A stretch of 64,000 bases of DNA from Catajapyx aquilonaris (Eukaryota): NCBI GenBank assembly GCA_000934665.2, contig KZ538211.1, forward strand, positions 62,001 to 126,000, written 5' to 3'. Made by a program: the position numbers and the translations under genes. The notes beneath the pieces are model-generated. The model was not told where the DNA came from. It was given only the letters and a program-made list of their open reading frames with translations, and ran no database searches. Positions 49,401 through 62,800 of the stretch are shown here, piece by piece (position 1 is the stretch's first letter; each line of letters begins with the position of its first letter).

Positions 49401-52400
49401 CCGCGCAGTAAAACTGATGGTATGTGGATGCCTGCAGGAGCACACCCGGAAACTAGAAATCTTATTTCCATCCCCCGCGCAGAAAATGAAATTTCAAAAC
49501 GCACCCAATTATAATCCGGCGCCTTATGTGCAAGAGAATTAAAACCGCAGGTGCAGAAGTAAATGAGAGAGTTAAGCATGCCTTGGTCCTGGGCAGGCAT
49601 AAAACCTTGAATTCCGCATTTAATGGAAGTCCGGTCCCAAACGTGAGATTCGCAGACACAGGGAATGAGTGTGTTCTCCCTCCCTCCCTCCCTCTCTCCC
49701 AGCCATCCCTCCCCGCCCCCCTCATTCTTCGAAGCATCCATCCACACAGAGCCCCAATAATTGCTGGCCCGGGTTCTTTTGATCCCAGCGTCCCTGGTGC
49801 CCATTTCTGCGATTGCTATAATCAGTGCGGGCAAAAGACAAATATATTACTCGCTCTCTATTGACTCTGGGAGGATGACTCCTCCTCGGGCTGGATGGGT
49901 GGGTGGCAGTCAAAGCATAATCTCCGATCCGAGGAATGCATTTCACTGGGCTGATCCGGCCCAATAAAAGTCCTCCTCCGATTGGGAATATAGGGAATGG
50001 AGCAACAACAACGGTGAGAGAGTGATTGGTGAGTGTGTGGATGATGGCCACCACCTGGCGCAGCAAGGAAAAGCAGAGCTCATCGGGTGAGAGAACCTGA
50101 AAATTCGTTTCGAGTCTCCCGCCGACCTGTGACCAATGGCCGCATAACGAACGCTCTTTGGGAAGCTGTCTCGCCTTCAACCCACGGAATGAGCAGGAAA
50201 CTCACTTCCACACCCCGCGTGTACAGGAACTGCGACCCGTTACGACCCAAGGAATATCGTGACCTATGCAGCAGGCTGGCAAGTTACGACCTGCAACAAC
50301 TGGGATACACTTGAGCAAGATATTAGAAAGGGATGAAATGATGGGGGTTTGGACACATATTATGAAGATCAGAACAAACTCAAAGACCAGTTTCCACGCT
50401 TTTTTGGGTTTTTTTTTTGTGTGAAAACGTCACAACATCTCCAAGGCCATAAAACGTAATTGGGCAATGTTTTGACTTGGACTGTCATGCTACCACGGCC
50501 AATTAATTGTCGTGTGTTTAAAGAAGAGTGCTGGGGCGGACCCAAAAATAACAGAATATAGGTGGTATACGTGTCCTTTGGAAGGCCAGCAATAGACTGC
50601 GGCAGTATATTTCACGAATTTCCTGGAAGTGTCGCTGTCGTAATGGCAGGCATTCCGCGAATACTTTAGCGATGGTGGATCGGTTCGTGGGCCCCCATAT
50701 TCCTTACTTGCACCCACGCTTTTCTGGCAAATGCTGAAAAGTTAGCGTCTTTAAAATTTTAGAAACTTGTTTAATATCTTACCACGATTCCTATATAAAT
50801 GAACAGAATGATGCATCCTTTTGAAAACCCTTTATTTAATGCTGCTTATTACCAATTGCAGCCTGCACAACTTGGTAAAAGGCTTGGTCATGACAGCTAG
50901 GGCATCCCCAAGAGTACAATCAAAGAGTTTTTCAATTACGTGAACTTTGGTAACCCACAGCCACTGTACATCAATAAGACCATGTCATGCTTTAATTGCA
51001 GTTACTGATAAGCAAGTCGAAAGTTCGGTATAAGGTCATGACATTTTTGAGATAATGTGCAATTACAACACCCTAATGAATAGCCTGTAAGAAGAATCTT
51101 TTCCTAACTTACACGGGCGGTTGCTCCTGTCTGTTGATGAATCTATAGCGGGACAACATTAGAATATACATTTGCAGTTTGGGGCACATAGTCAGCAAGA
51201 AGCAACCAATTTTATTTGATCCCTTACACAAGCTGGTAGACTTCGAGGGGGCAACGCAAGTGAGCCTTCGGAATGACATTACTTCGAGCACTACAAAATT
51301 TGAGAATCCAGTACTACATTCAAATATGATCTCTTTCATTCTTTCTTTCGCGTATACAGTATAGTCGTTGCCACATACTTCCCATTCGATGACTTTGGGA
51401 CGTTTACAGCACTAAAGGCAATATAAATCATGGGTCAGGAGCGTCCACTGGCATCACATTGTCATAACTTTGGAGTCATCAGATTTTTGAAAAAACTGTT
51501 CTAGCATGGCTGAAATGCGTCAGTTCCTCCCGCCCCACCTCAACAAAAATTCTCAAGTGCCCCGTCGAATACGACTGGTCTAGACAGCAGGAAACATGGC
51601 CAACGTCGTCTTCGCTTATAGTGGAGAGCATCACCACACAACGCAGCTTCACGTTATATACAGTATATGTCCCGCTGAATCCGGAGGGCAAAATTGAGGT
51701 CCGTCGCTTCTGGGCGACCGCCTCAATCTGCATGGTTAGTGGACACAATCTGACAAACAAGCACATTCATCGTGGAGCAGTGTTGCAAACGGCCATTAAG
51801 CCCAGGTCAACAGGGCAATTGAGTAATGCAATGTTTTGCACTGACAAACGGCCCAGACAAGGGCGTCGTTAAGAATCTTGCGCTGGTAATAGTCCATGCT
51901 ATAGCTTTAGACCGAGTGCAAAACTTCGCTGACTACTGCTGCTGGGCAGAGGGAAATGTTGTAGATACATGGAGTTGGGCTTCACTGCTTTACATCACTT
52001 CTCCGCCCCTTCTTCCAGCACGGAGAGAACCCGACCAGATTGAGGGAAAGGGAGAGAGTGCTCCCCAAGATTATTTTAACGACCTGGAATCATCAGAAGC
52101 CGGTTTTATGACCCCATGGGGCTCAATAATTGTCTTCTGAAATCCATTCTTCCAAGAGTTACTTAATTAGGCTCGGACTAGCGCAGCAGGCTGGTGTCAT
52201 CCAGCGGGGGTTGCCAAAACTTTTTGCTGCGGAGGACCCTAATCGAACTTTCACGTGGAGTTACGCAGCTCTTTTTGCTACCCTGTTCTGGGAGATCTTT
52301 TTGCCACCCAATGCTGCCCTTATATGTTGGGGAGGGCCAGCTTTTTCGCCCAGTTATGCTCCACCCCCCTCCCTCCCTCCCTCCCTGCGAGCGTGGTCGA

Positions 52401-52468
52401 CGTTTTTCACTTGGTCGACCATGTTTTTATGTACACGTCAAAATATTATTATGTGGAAACAGTCAAAG

Positions 52469-52513
52469 TCCAAGGGGGCGTGCTGTTTCTCCAAGGGGGC
52501 GTGCTGTTTCTCC
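52469..52513 (+). repeat. Perfect 21-bp tandem duplication
   Basis: TCCAAGGGGGCGTGCTGTTTC twice, then TCC (3-bp junction microhomology). Confidence 0.9.
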
Positions 52514-55500
52514 CCAGAGAAATATATTACGGAGGAACCTCCTTTTTCGCGTGTAACCAACTTTGCTCCATTTTTTAGTCGTTCAAGGCTAAAAGTAGTT
52601 TTAAGCTGATATATATATTTTTTGCATCCAACGACCTTTGAGGGATCAATGTTTCGCTAGCTAAGTATGCTGTAAATTATTTCCATGGCCCTAGTTATCT
52701 TTTCTCCCTTGCACGTCACACGCGAATTGCAATTTGCGACAGCTGTATCGCCGAAATGTCACGACCAATTTTTTCTCTCGTGATGGACGGTGTTTTTAAA
52801 CCAACTAAATACCCACCTCTGTCCATACGACGACGACGACTTGTGTACCGATTGCCAAAATTTTCCCCCACCTACACCGAACGTATTGCGGTCAGTTGCT
52901 CGCGCTGACGTCACCGACGAAAGGGGAACTGCGGTCAGCGACATTTGAAGGGATGATGGATTGGGCCGGGTTGGTCTTTGGGGCGGGTAAAAAGAAACCC
53001 GGAGCGGACCCACCCGATGCTATCGGAGATGGAAATGAGGTCCTGGCAGGAGCTCTCTCTCTCCCTCTCTCTACCCCCGCTCTCTTTCCCCCTTCTCTAT
53101 CCTCCAGCCAAAGGAGAGAAATGATATCGGTCGTGTTCATCATGGACTTGCCTTGCCGGGACTCTTGTTTGTATCTGCCAAATGAATGGCGTGGGAATGC
53201 CGCTTCGGCCCTTCACCTCATTTGCCATCAGCATTCCCCTCCACCAATCTTCTGCCTCATTTGCATTCTTCGGCTTTGGGAACATTTTACCCCATTCGGA
53301 TCAAACGGCTAATCTTTTTCCATAGGGATTTGAAATACTTGAGCCTCCTTTTTTTTACACAACGTTGAATGTGGTTGACCACAGTAAATGTAGCGGGCAG
53401 TATGGTTAGCCCATACGTAGTCTACATAACGCATGCTGCGCAGAAACAGTTCGTAATTTCTTGCGACACGAAATTATCAGAATGTCACATGCTTCAAGTC
53501 ACAATCCTACTTCCTAAAGTAATGTGGCCTCGCAAGACCATGAACCAGCCATTTATTAGCCAGGAAAGACCTGAGGATGCTTGATAAGCCGCATCAGCAT
53601 AATCCCTGATACGGAAGAGCCCTGGCTATTGTCTATTCCTGGACGTGCAGACCGGATCTGGGTCTGCGGAGGAGGGCTGACCAAGATGACCGGTTGTCTC
53701 ATTAGGTTTTTCAGCAACTTATCATTCTTTCAGAAACCTTTCAGCCCGCTCCTTAATTATCCAAAGTGATTCCCCGCTCGCCTCTCCTCCCAATCCTTCT
53801 CCTTCGTGGGGGCCATTTCTCAGCCAAATTCTTCCTTTTTCTCCTCCCCCAATCTTCTCCCCCCCCCCCTTCCACCCTCCTATTACGTCACGGGGAAGCG
53901 AATCACGAGGCCCTTGATCAGGGGGGCCATTTCGAGGCTCAGAAATTGAGCTGAGGTCCAACAGCCTCGATTAGTTCAGCCTCTTTGATGGTTTTATGCA
54001 TTCTTGAATTAGCTGAAAGGGTGATGTTTATTACAGACGACAAAATTATCTCATTTGGACATCGTTTGGGTGGCCCCTGCATCCCACCACGGACGCAAGC
54101 AGCCCACAACATTACCTTACCCATCATTTCTGCGTTTGAGTGCGGGTTATTTATATCCTCGCCTTTGGTGACGCATACGCCAGCATTAAAATGACGGGAA
54201 TCTTGCTCTTGCAGGAGCGTAGGCTCCGTAATATGCATTTACCCGCATTCAATAACAAAAAATTACAGCATACTCAAATGGAAGCCCATACCATACCATC
54301 CTTGCCTACAGTATCTGGCCCACAGTATATAATCCATGATTTGGTGAGACACAGCAGGGAGCACCGGCTTTTGGATACATTTTTAAAAGTAACTAATTCC
54401 TGGCCTGCGCACAAAGAATGTCAAATATTAAATCGATGATACTGTATGATACAATATTAATTCGGCAAGTATGACTAACAACGCGAGTTGGATTGCGCTA
54501 GATATTTTTTCGCCCCTATGTGGCACACGCTTCGTGTACTTGGACACACCAGCACTCAACACATTGTCCCTACGTCCCACTGAGCACAGTAACTTTAACG
54601 CCGGGAGGTTACGACAATCTGATGCTTGGTAACCCCAAGATGCGAGTTGGGTTGCGGTGCGACAGGAGCTAATAAATAAGTCGTGTCAACCTGACGTTCT
54701 GCTCAAAGCTGGTCTGAAATTACTGAATTAATAACAGTCTCCACCAACGTTGTCAAATTGTCGAAATCGGCCCTATGGATTGTCATAGCAGCTTGCTCTT
54801 CGACATGACGTTAAAACTCCCCCTTCAATCGAGTGCACTGCCCATCGAGCGCCTTTATCACCGAAACCATCGGAATGGTGGTACTCCCTGATTGTCACGG
54901 ATGACGGTGCTAATAGACAGGTTGCGAAGTTGCTTGGGGGGACTCTGGGGAATAAAATATGCAAAATTTTGGAAGCGTCCTCGTGAGAAATGAGCAAAGA
55001 AAATGAGCAGAAGAGGCCACGTGTCTCTAGACTGGCGGGCAGATCATCCTTGGAGACCACTAAACCTGTTCTGGCAACGGCGAGAAATCAACGACCTTGG
55101 ATCTAACACAACCAGGTCCTGAACTTTCGGAAGAGAAGAGGAGGTGGGGTGATGGGGTGGGTGGGGGATGAAAAGGGGGCGGGAGGAGACCTGCTAGGAT
55201 AAACGAGGATGGGAATAGGTGGAGGGAGGGCAAGGGGGTGGGGGGTAGAGGGTAGAAGCCGAAAACAAGACTGAAATTACTCAAATTAGCTCTTCGGCAA
55301 ACTTCACAGGCCGGCAGGGCATCATCATCCGAATTAGCCTATCAACCGCCTGAAACCTGATCGAAAAGCAGACTGCGGAGATTGAGAGGCGGCGCCCGCA
55401 TCCAAACGTCCTCTTCCACGACTAACATCTGCTCACAATGATATCACTTAGCCTAGGTGTGGCCCTCCCTTAAATGCCCCAGACTCGGAGCCAAAGCACA

Positions 55501-58500
55501 ACACTTTTCCACGCTTCCACAACCTCCTCGCAAAGACACACCTGCTCCAAGGCTTCTATATTACACCCCTGAATACACACGGGGTTTCATACCCCCTTGT
55601 TAACCAGGGCATCTCAACTCTAACGAGCCAGGTAATGTTATCCACGTTAAGCCAATGATCCGATAATATTCCTTAAACAAGTACAGCGTGGGAATTCAAA
55701 AAAGTCGATTTGTATGAGGAGCAAGCCGATCGAGTGGGAGGTACGAATGAATGACATGGGGTCAAATATCACGGAGATGCACATAATCCGGGCAACCCCA
55801 TATTCAGCTTCTGATAGTCAGGGGTGCAGCTTACAGTTCACCTTTGAAGTCTTCATATGGAGCCAATGACGATGCGACTTCTTGGTATTGCAATACCATA
55901 TTCAATGCACGAGGTTCATGAGTCCCGCATTCCCCGATCTATACACAGTATGAACGAGTTCATCGTGGCCGGCGAAAATTGCTGCGCATTCAACAAAAAC
56001 AACATCACATTTTCATAAAAAGAGGCATTAGCATCCGGGCCAAATAAGCTCCCTGGCGACCAGGTCCCAATGTGAAATCCTGCGCATGATGAATACGTTC
56101 CATGCAGCTAAAAACCCATTAGCCAACGATCTATTTTAAGACCGGCCTAGAAGCAGTGAGAATACTGCTACGTACAGCCCTCAGTCAGTACACAAGTGTC
56201 AGTCATGGTTCCTATTTATCTTACGTAATTAAATGCCCCGCATGGGATCATAACCGAAGTGCCACGCCCATCCAGGTCGTTGTGCACTGTTGGGCAGAAT
56301 CGGAGCCCATTGCCTGCCAAGGCGCCATATCCGCCGATATAATAGAAGCTGTTATGGGCGCCATGTTTTCCGGATCCAATTGGTGAAGACAGGTTCGCAC
56401 TCGGACTTGGATTGATTGCAAAGGTGAGGCAGACTGAGTACGCACCGGGCAAGGAAGTCAAATGAGTGAAGAAGTCTGAGCCGCCGCCGATGGTTAATTA
56501 AAACGAATGAGGGTTGTGTGCCTACCCGCGCAACATTACTCCGCAGGACTGGTGCTGGCCCCTTTCTGATAAGGAAATGTTCCCGCGTTTGCTCACCTTG
56601 GCGTTCCCCTCTTTATCATCCTTATGACTGATAGACGCTTTTATTCCCCCCTCTCCGGCATTCATTTTTAAAAAATCCCCTCCCAACTAGTGCGGGCAGG
56701 CAGGTGGAGAAATGAGCCTGGAACCCGATCGGGCCGGCACTCTTTAGTTGGGCGCGCCTCCGTCCAGAGGGCAGGACCTGCCTCTCACCTTCTTCCATAC
56801 ATATACCATGCTGTTGCTCCTCCTGCCCCTAACCCTCCCCACCTTCTCTTATTTAGGCGCCCCATTATTTCCCAGAGAGGACGGCGACGATGAGCTGCTA
56901 ATGAAGGGGGCAGTCAAAACAACTCATACATCATCCGACTAGGCACCTGCTGCCAGCTAGACTTCCCCGCCAAAACATCTGCAGCGTTCACACCGCTGCG
57001 CTGGGCTCCCATTTTCCAATGGCAATCGCCAATTGGTTGCCAATACGCCCGCTTGACAGTTTCATTACAGCTGTTTCTTTATTCAGGAGGGGGCCAGCCC
57101 GTCATAGCAGCCTTCTCGTTTTACACGTCCACAATGACAGCGCGCCTATGAATAAAGGATGTCAATTTACAAATCACACTGGGTCCTGCTAACTGCAGGC
57201 CCCATTATTGCCCCGAGATGCTGCTGGCTGCCCGCCAAGGTACACGCAGTCTGATTAACTTCCATTCCAGAATAACTCGGCGGGAATCGATCATCACGGT
57301 TTGCAAACGACAACTCGCCATTTTGCCCCTATCTCCAGTGGGCACAGAAAGTATCATTGGAAAGTATACTGGAAGTTCAAATTTGAAGATTGATTGATCG
57401 AGTATGGCGCAAAAGCGACGATGGACTATGTCGCGCCACGACAAAGGTCAAAAGATCACGGAACAAAAGACAGAGGTATGGTATCATCTGCTGCTGCCTC
57501 AACTTGAGAGAGGGAGGGGGGGTGCGCGCCAGACAAAAACCATAAGGATATGGAAAAAGCACGTCCAATTTTCTGGGTATAGGCCTACACATTTTTCAAC
57601 GTTTCACAGTTACCAAAAAGACAGCATCAAGGATTCTCAATTTTGATTATTTTCGCGAGATCTTTGATACACAATCGCGTGATAAAGCCAACTGCAGCTA
57701 CATATACGCGTACGATAACTTTGGAATTGAAAAGGCGGAGCTCGACTACACACAATGAAACTAAGTCGGGTTACAGATTATACTATAAAATGTTTTTCAA
57801 ATTCAAATTTCCCGCAGGAGGAGGTAATGAACTAATGATGTTCCATGTCGTCTAATTTCAGGGTCATAGCGATGTTAAATTTCCCACAATAAAGTATTAT
57901 TAAACCATTCAAATCAGTTCCGACCAAGGCACGTCAGTGAGGATTTTGTTGAGGGAAATTGCAGCATTCATATTTCAAGTATACTGGATCACGCATCATT
58001 TGGAGCAAAAATCTTGACCTCCAGCGCAAAATGGGGCCCTTTGGGCTTCATGCATTCTTTGACGACGTCTTTTCCAGCGTTATGATATTGCGCGCTTGTG
58101 AGGTTGTTGGTTTGGCCGCCAGGGCACAGCAAGTGGCAATAAAACCCCGAGACGTTCCTTTGTTCTTAACGGGCTTGTGTACAATTTTGTGCTGGTTGAG
58201 AACCTCGAGTTATATTGTTTTATCTCCGCCTGTTTAAAAGAACAGTTATAAAATGGAGAGTCCCGTGGCAGTGAAGGGGGATGGGGGTTTAAAAAAAAAA
58301 AAAAGAAGCAAGGGGTGGGAGGAGAGGAGGGAAGGGGGAGAGTTGCCTTCCCTCAATTTTAGGTTGAATAAATAAAAGCCGAGTTAAGTCTGAAAACGAG
58401 GGCCGCCCCTTCCTTATTGGAGGCCCCGGCTGTCCGGGGCATAAAAGGCGAGAGATGCGAGAGATTCGGGCGGCAAACGGCCGCATAAAAAGGAGCAGCT

Positions 58501-58686
58501 CGAAGGGGAGGGGGTTAAGAAAAAAAAAGGAAAGATGGGGGTTTTGGGGGGTAAGAACGATTCCCATTCTCCATTGCACCCCCTCCTCCCTTCCACCTCC
58601 CCTCTATTATTCTTATGTGTTTGTAATTGCTCCTCTTGGACTGGGCTCGGACACAACTGTCATAGACTGTAAACTGCCCCCCCCCC

Positions 58687-58715
58687 NNNNNNNNNNNNNN
58701 NNNNNNNNNNNNNNN
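58687..58715. other. Assembly gap (29 N) inside a poly-C run
   Basis: N run flanked by C10 and C15. Confidence 0.99.
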
Positions 58716-59720
58716 CCCCCCCCCCCCCCCAGTCTCCCTCACTCTGCCTGAAATTATAGCGTCTCCCTCCCAGACAGGCTCTAAATCACAAATCCCACAA
58801 GGGCGTAGATAATTACAGGTTGGCCCCACTTTGAAGGAAATTGAAAATTAAACTCAAGAAAGGGGGAGGCAGGGAGGGAGGAAGAATAAGGAGGGACCGT
58901 CCTTCAAACTCCATCCCCGAGCATAATAATATTTACTGAACCATTCGAAATGCTCAACTGTGCAGAGGTGGCCGGGGATCATCTCCTTACTGCGATCTGA
59001 CGACACGCTGGGCCATTGGTAATGCGATTGGTACGTGTCAAGATATAGTCTATCTACAGTATTGTCTTTGGAGCTGTGGTTGGCATATAGTCGCCCCGCC
59101 TATAATTATAGACTCTCCCTTCTCTCCATCCATTCCCAGTCCCTCTCCCCAGTCCAGGCGGAGGCGACGTTGAGGTATCTGGTCCCGAGTGACAAATGCG
59201 ATGGGCCCGGGTCCCTGGCTCCTTCACCCAGGCCAATCAGGCCTTCAATTCAACCTCTCCCGCTGACTCGATTTGCAAGCCCACCCACCCGCCCATATAC
59301 TATATCCCTATATAGGGAGAAGACAACCCCCGCTAATTTCCCTCCTGAAACAACCAGATATTGCAATTCAATGAAGTGACGCCCAACTCCTCATAAATCA
59401 CCTCCAGAATATATACACCACTACGGGAACCGGCCATCAGACTGATTGAAAAAAAGAAGAAGGGGGTGTGGGCCAAGGTGGTAAGTAGCAGGGGGTGCAA
59501 TGAACAAACAGGAACTAACTGGGGTCCTGTAACAAAGCCCCATCCTGTGACGATCATTAAACTAACCTTCCTAAACCTATATATGACACACTATTTAATT
59601 TTACGGCCAATATTTGCGGTTTTGCACATAAATTGCGGTTGGCACCCTGCCAATTGGTGTCTTTTCACGTACGAACGGAACTATAGTTGTAGAAATATGT
59701 TCAGAGGACTTATGGCGCGT

Positions 59721-59800
59721 GAGCTGGTAGCCCATTTGGTAGCTGCTTGGAGCAGTCTCTCCTGCACGTGAAGATCACAGGGATTAAATTCCAGCGAGTC
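59721..59800 (+). pseudogene. Possible highly degenerate tRNA-derived (SINE head-like) fragment
   Basis: A-box-like TAGCCCATTTGGTAG and B-box-like GGGATTAAATTCC, with TGCACGTGAAGATC between them recalling the tRNA-Ala(TGC) anticodon/variable region. No intact cloverleaf. Confidence 0.2.
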
Positions 59801-62800
59801 TTCCAGGTTTGGTGGTCACTGACATTCCATGCTCGCAATGAGGGCGTGTCATGGGAAGGTGTACCAAAAAGGGGGGCCGATAGCGAGCCAGGTTTTTTTG
59901 TCGCCTTTCTATGTTTTTTATGATATTCGCATGCAGATGATTCCGTGGACCACCGGCAGAGTGTGTTTGCGATGACGCAAGGGGGCCTCTGCAATGGCCA
60001 GCTGTCATCGCCCATCACTTGGGCCAAGCAGGCCCTAATTACAAGACAAGTAATCCTTCCAGGCCGACTGGAAAACTTCTTTTGCTGCAGCGAGCAGGCA
60101 ACAGCATCGAGCAAGAAGAAAACGCCAAGGCCGAGGAGGCGGAGATTAGCTTCGGGACCACTCGGCGCACACAGCATTCAAAAAAACCCTATTTTCTAAT
60201 GAGATTTTAGAACTGCGTGCTCACGGCTTTTCGGATTTTACCCGTTGTTCAACAGCAACAGACACAATAATCTGAGCCCTGATTTAATCTGCGGGAAAAC
60301 TTGAATTCCCCGCGGGGAAAAGTGTGTAAAAAAAACGACTTGTTGCGAATCCCTTTGTCAATTATTTTCACTTCTGTCGAACCTAAGAATGTAATCAAAG
60401 TTTTAAATCCCAAGCCCGCGTAGCGGAACCGAGATGAATGCGTAATAAAAGTTGCACAGGGATCTTGATTAATTTGAAAAGCAGACAGGTAATTAAGAAC
60501 TCATCATTTCCTGCATGGTGAATAGTTTCACAGCTGGAATATCCTTAGCTGTGGCAACCCTGTGGCAATGGCAGGCAGCAATTCCTGCCAGCAGCCACTT
60601 AGGATCGAATGGTTTTTATCCTGCGAGCAATAGGGTCACTGCTCAGGTATTATGAAACCAATGATGATCCACCCACAGCGATTATTATGATATACTGTAG
60701 TACTGAAGAAGGGTTTGTTCTTTTCATCAAGGGTCACCTGTCGAATGTATAATAAATTGTGTGGCTGAATAAGTTTCAATAGTTTAGGGCCAATAGTTGG
60801 TCAGTGCAAATAAAAATAACTGTCAGAATGCCGGTGTATATAAGGCCAGCTACAAAACTTTAAGCTCGAATGAATGCTAAGCATATCTGGCCAAATATGG
60901 GTTTTCACAATTGCGGTAGTAATTCGGGAGCTGACACTGCAACCTTGAATATTTCAGGGGCGTTGCAGTAGCCTGTGCAGTACTTGTATCAATACTGTCC
61001 TGCAGGTGCAATGAAAGCAAACACTGGATACACCGTAAAGAACTCTTCCAGCAGCTTCCTCCTACGTCCTCATAGGTATGCAGTGCAGTACACACCTGCT
61101 TGGCTGCCAACACTATGGCATCGCATCCTGAAGTCGTATCGTGGAGGGTCCACGTATTGTGTGGATTTTGGCGATCGCACACAGGATATGTCCCAAATGA
61201 GTGGCCGTAAAAGAAGAAAAAATCCCGAGCGAATGCGATGCGGATAAGGAGGTCCCCCTTTGGTCCCTCCCATAAACTTTTATGGGATTCTTCTTCTGCC
61301 ATCATCTTTTCCAGCAGGGGGAGGAGGGGGGAGGGAGGGAGGGAGAAAGAGGACGGGGGAGAAGCAGAAAGCACGAGGGGCACTTCATCTTTGGCACTCC
61401 TTGCTTGCATGTAATAATTATTCCTCGGCCAACAAAAGGGTCCTAGAGCTGGCGAGGGGGGAATTCTCTTTAACGCGCGCCTCTTACGACGATAGTCAAC
61501 CTGCCACGGGTTACGGCCTCATAAAAACTGCATTAGCTTCTATTCCCAGCTTTCCAATAACTCCTGATAACTCCTCTTCCAGCAGATTGGACAAAAACAC
61601 ACAGACAGAGAAAGATATATGGCAATATTCACTTTCGTGCCATGGAATGTCAATAGGGTTATTATTATTATTTAAGCTTGTGGTTGGCTAACATAATTTG
61701 GCCGAGAGTGCCTTTGCTTGAATGAATGTTGTAAGGGTTGGCTCAATAAGCTTTCATTTGAAAAATCAAGTTGGTTCTCGACTTTTCTAATTCTATATAC
61801 CCCTTTTACCAGGTTATGCACCCTCAGAGACATCGAGGCTATCTCCAGAAGAGCATCATCCCCTCGCCTAATCTGTGCTCTTTTTTGGCGCAATATTAAT
61901 TAACCCTAGTTCTGTATAAGGAGCTTTTTTCCTGGACGTTCAAAATCAAGCATACAAAGTCTCGGAAAAAAGAAAAATATCAATGCCCGGCTCTCAGAAT
62001 CTGATGGCAAAGGCTGCGAAAAAAAATAATCCCATGTGTATAAATATGCCTGACATTCTAACAAAAGTGAAACTCGATTTTTCCCCCTGCCAAGTTTATG
62101 CGTTGTAAAAATGACAGTTTTAAATGGCAAATTTGAAAATTTTCACTTCTCAAATGGCACCAACAGTAAATTGGAATGTGGAGGAATTTTTTTATTTATT
62201 TCAGGAGTCACATCTCATTCACAAAATCTGATATTTATTTAAAGTAGCGTACGTAGTTGGTCCATTGTAAAAATCCGTGATGAAGGTTACCACATTATGT
62301 AACCAGCATTGGCTCCCCATCTATTTCATTGTCAATTTTAGCAAATAATGCACGATTATCAAACATGGGGGTGATATACCCTTGCCATAAAAATGACAGC
62401 ACCGTCCAACTTCCTCCTGTGAGTATTTGAAGTTGAAAAAAAATTACAAATTCGACAATTTCGATCCCTGATTTTCACATGTCATACACCCAATGGGAAG
62501 AAACTGAGTTTCACTTTCGCCTGATACTGTTAGGTATACACTACAAGACGAAGACACACTAAAAGTGACGGTGCATAGTGACAAAATCAATTCTGGCAAA
62601 GATCATTTACCAAGTTTACATTCAAGTAAATAATGTTGCGGTTTTTTCCGCTCCATATTTGATGGCGAGAGCTCGAAACTTGCATACCCATGCATTATTA
62701 CGCTGAATTTCATAACACTGCACGGAGGAATGCTTTTCAAATGGTACCCTTGAAGCTGTGCAACTCCACAAAGGTGCATATACACTGTATGCTGCAGCAG

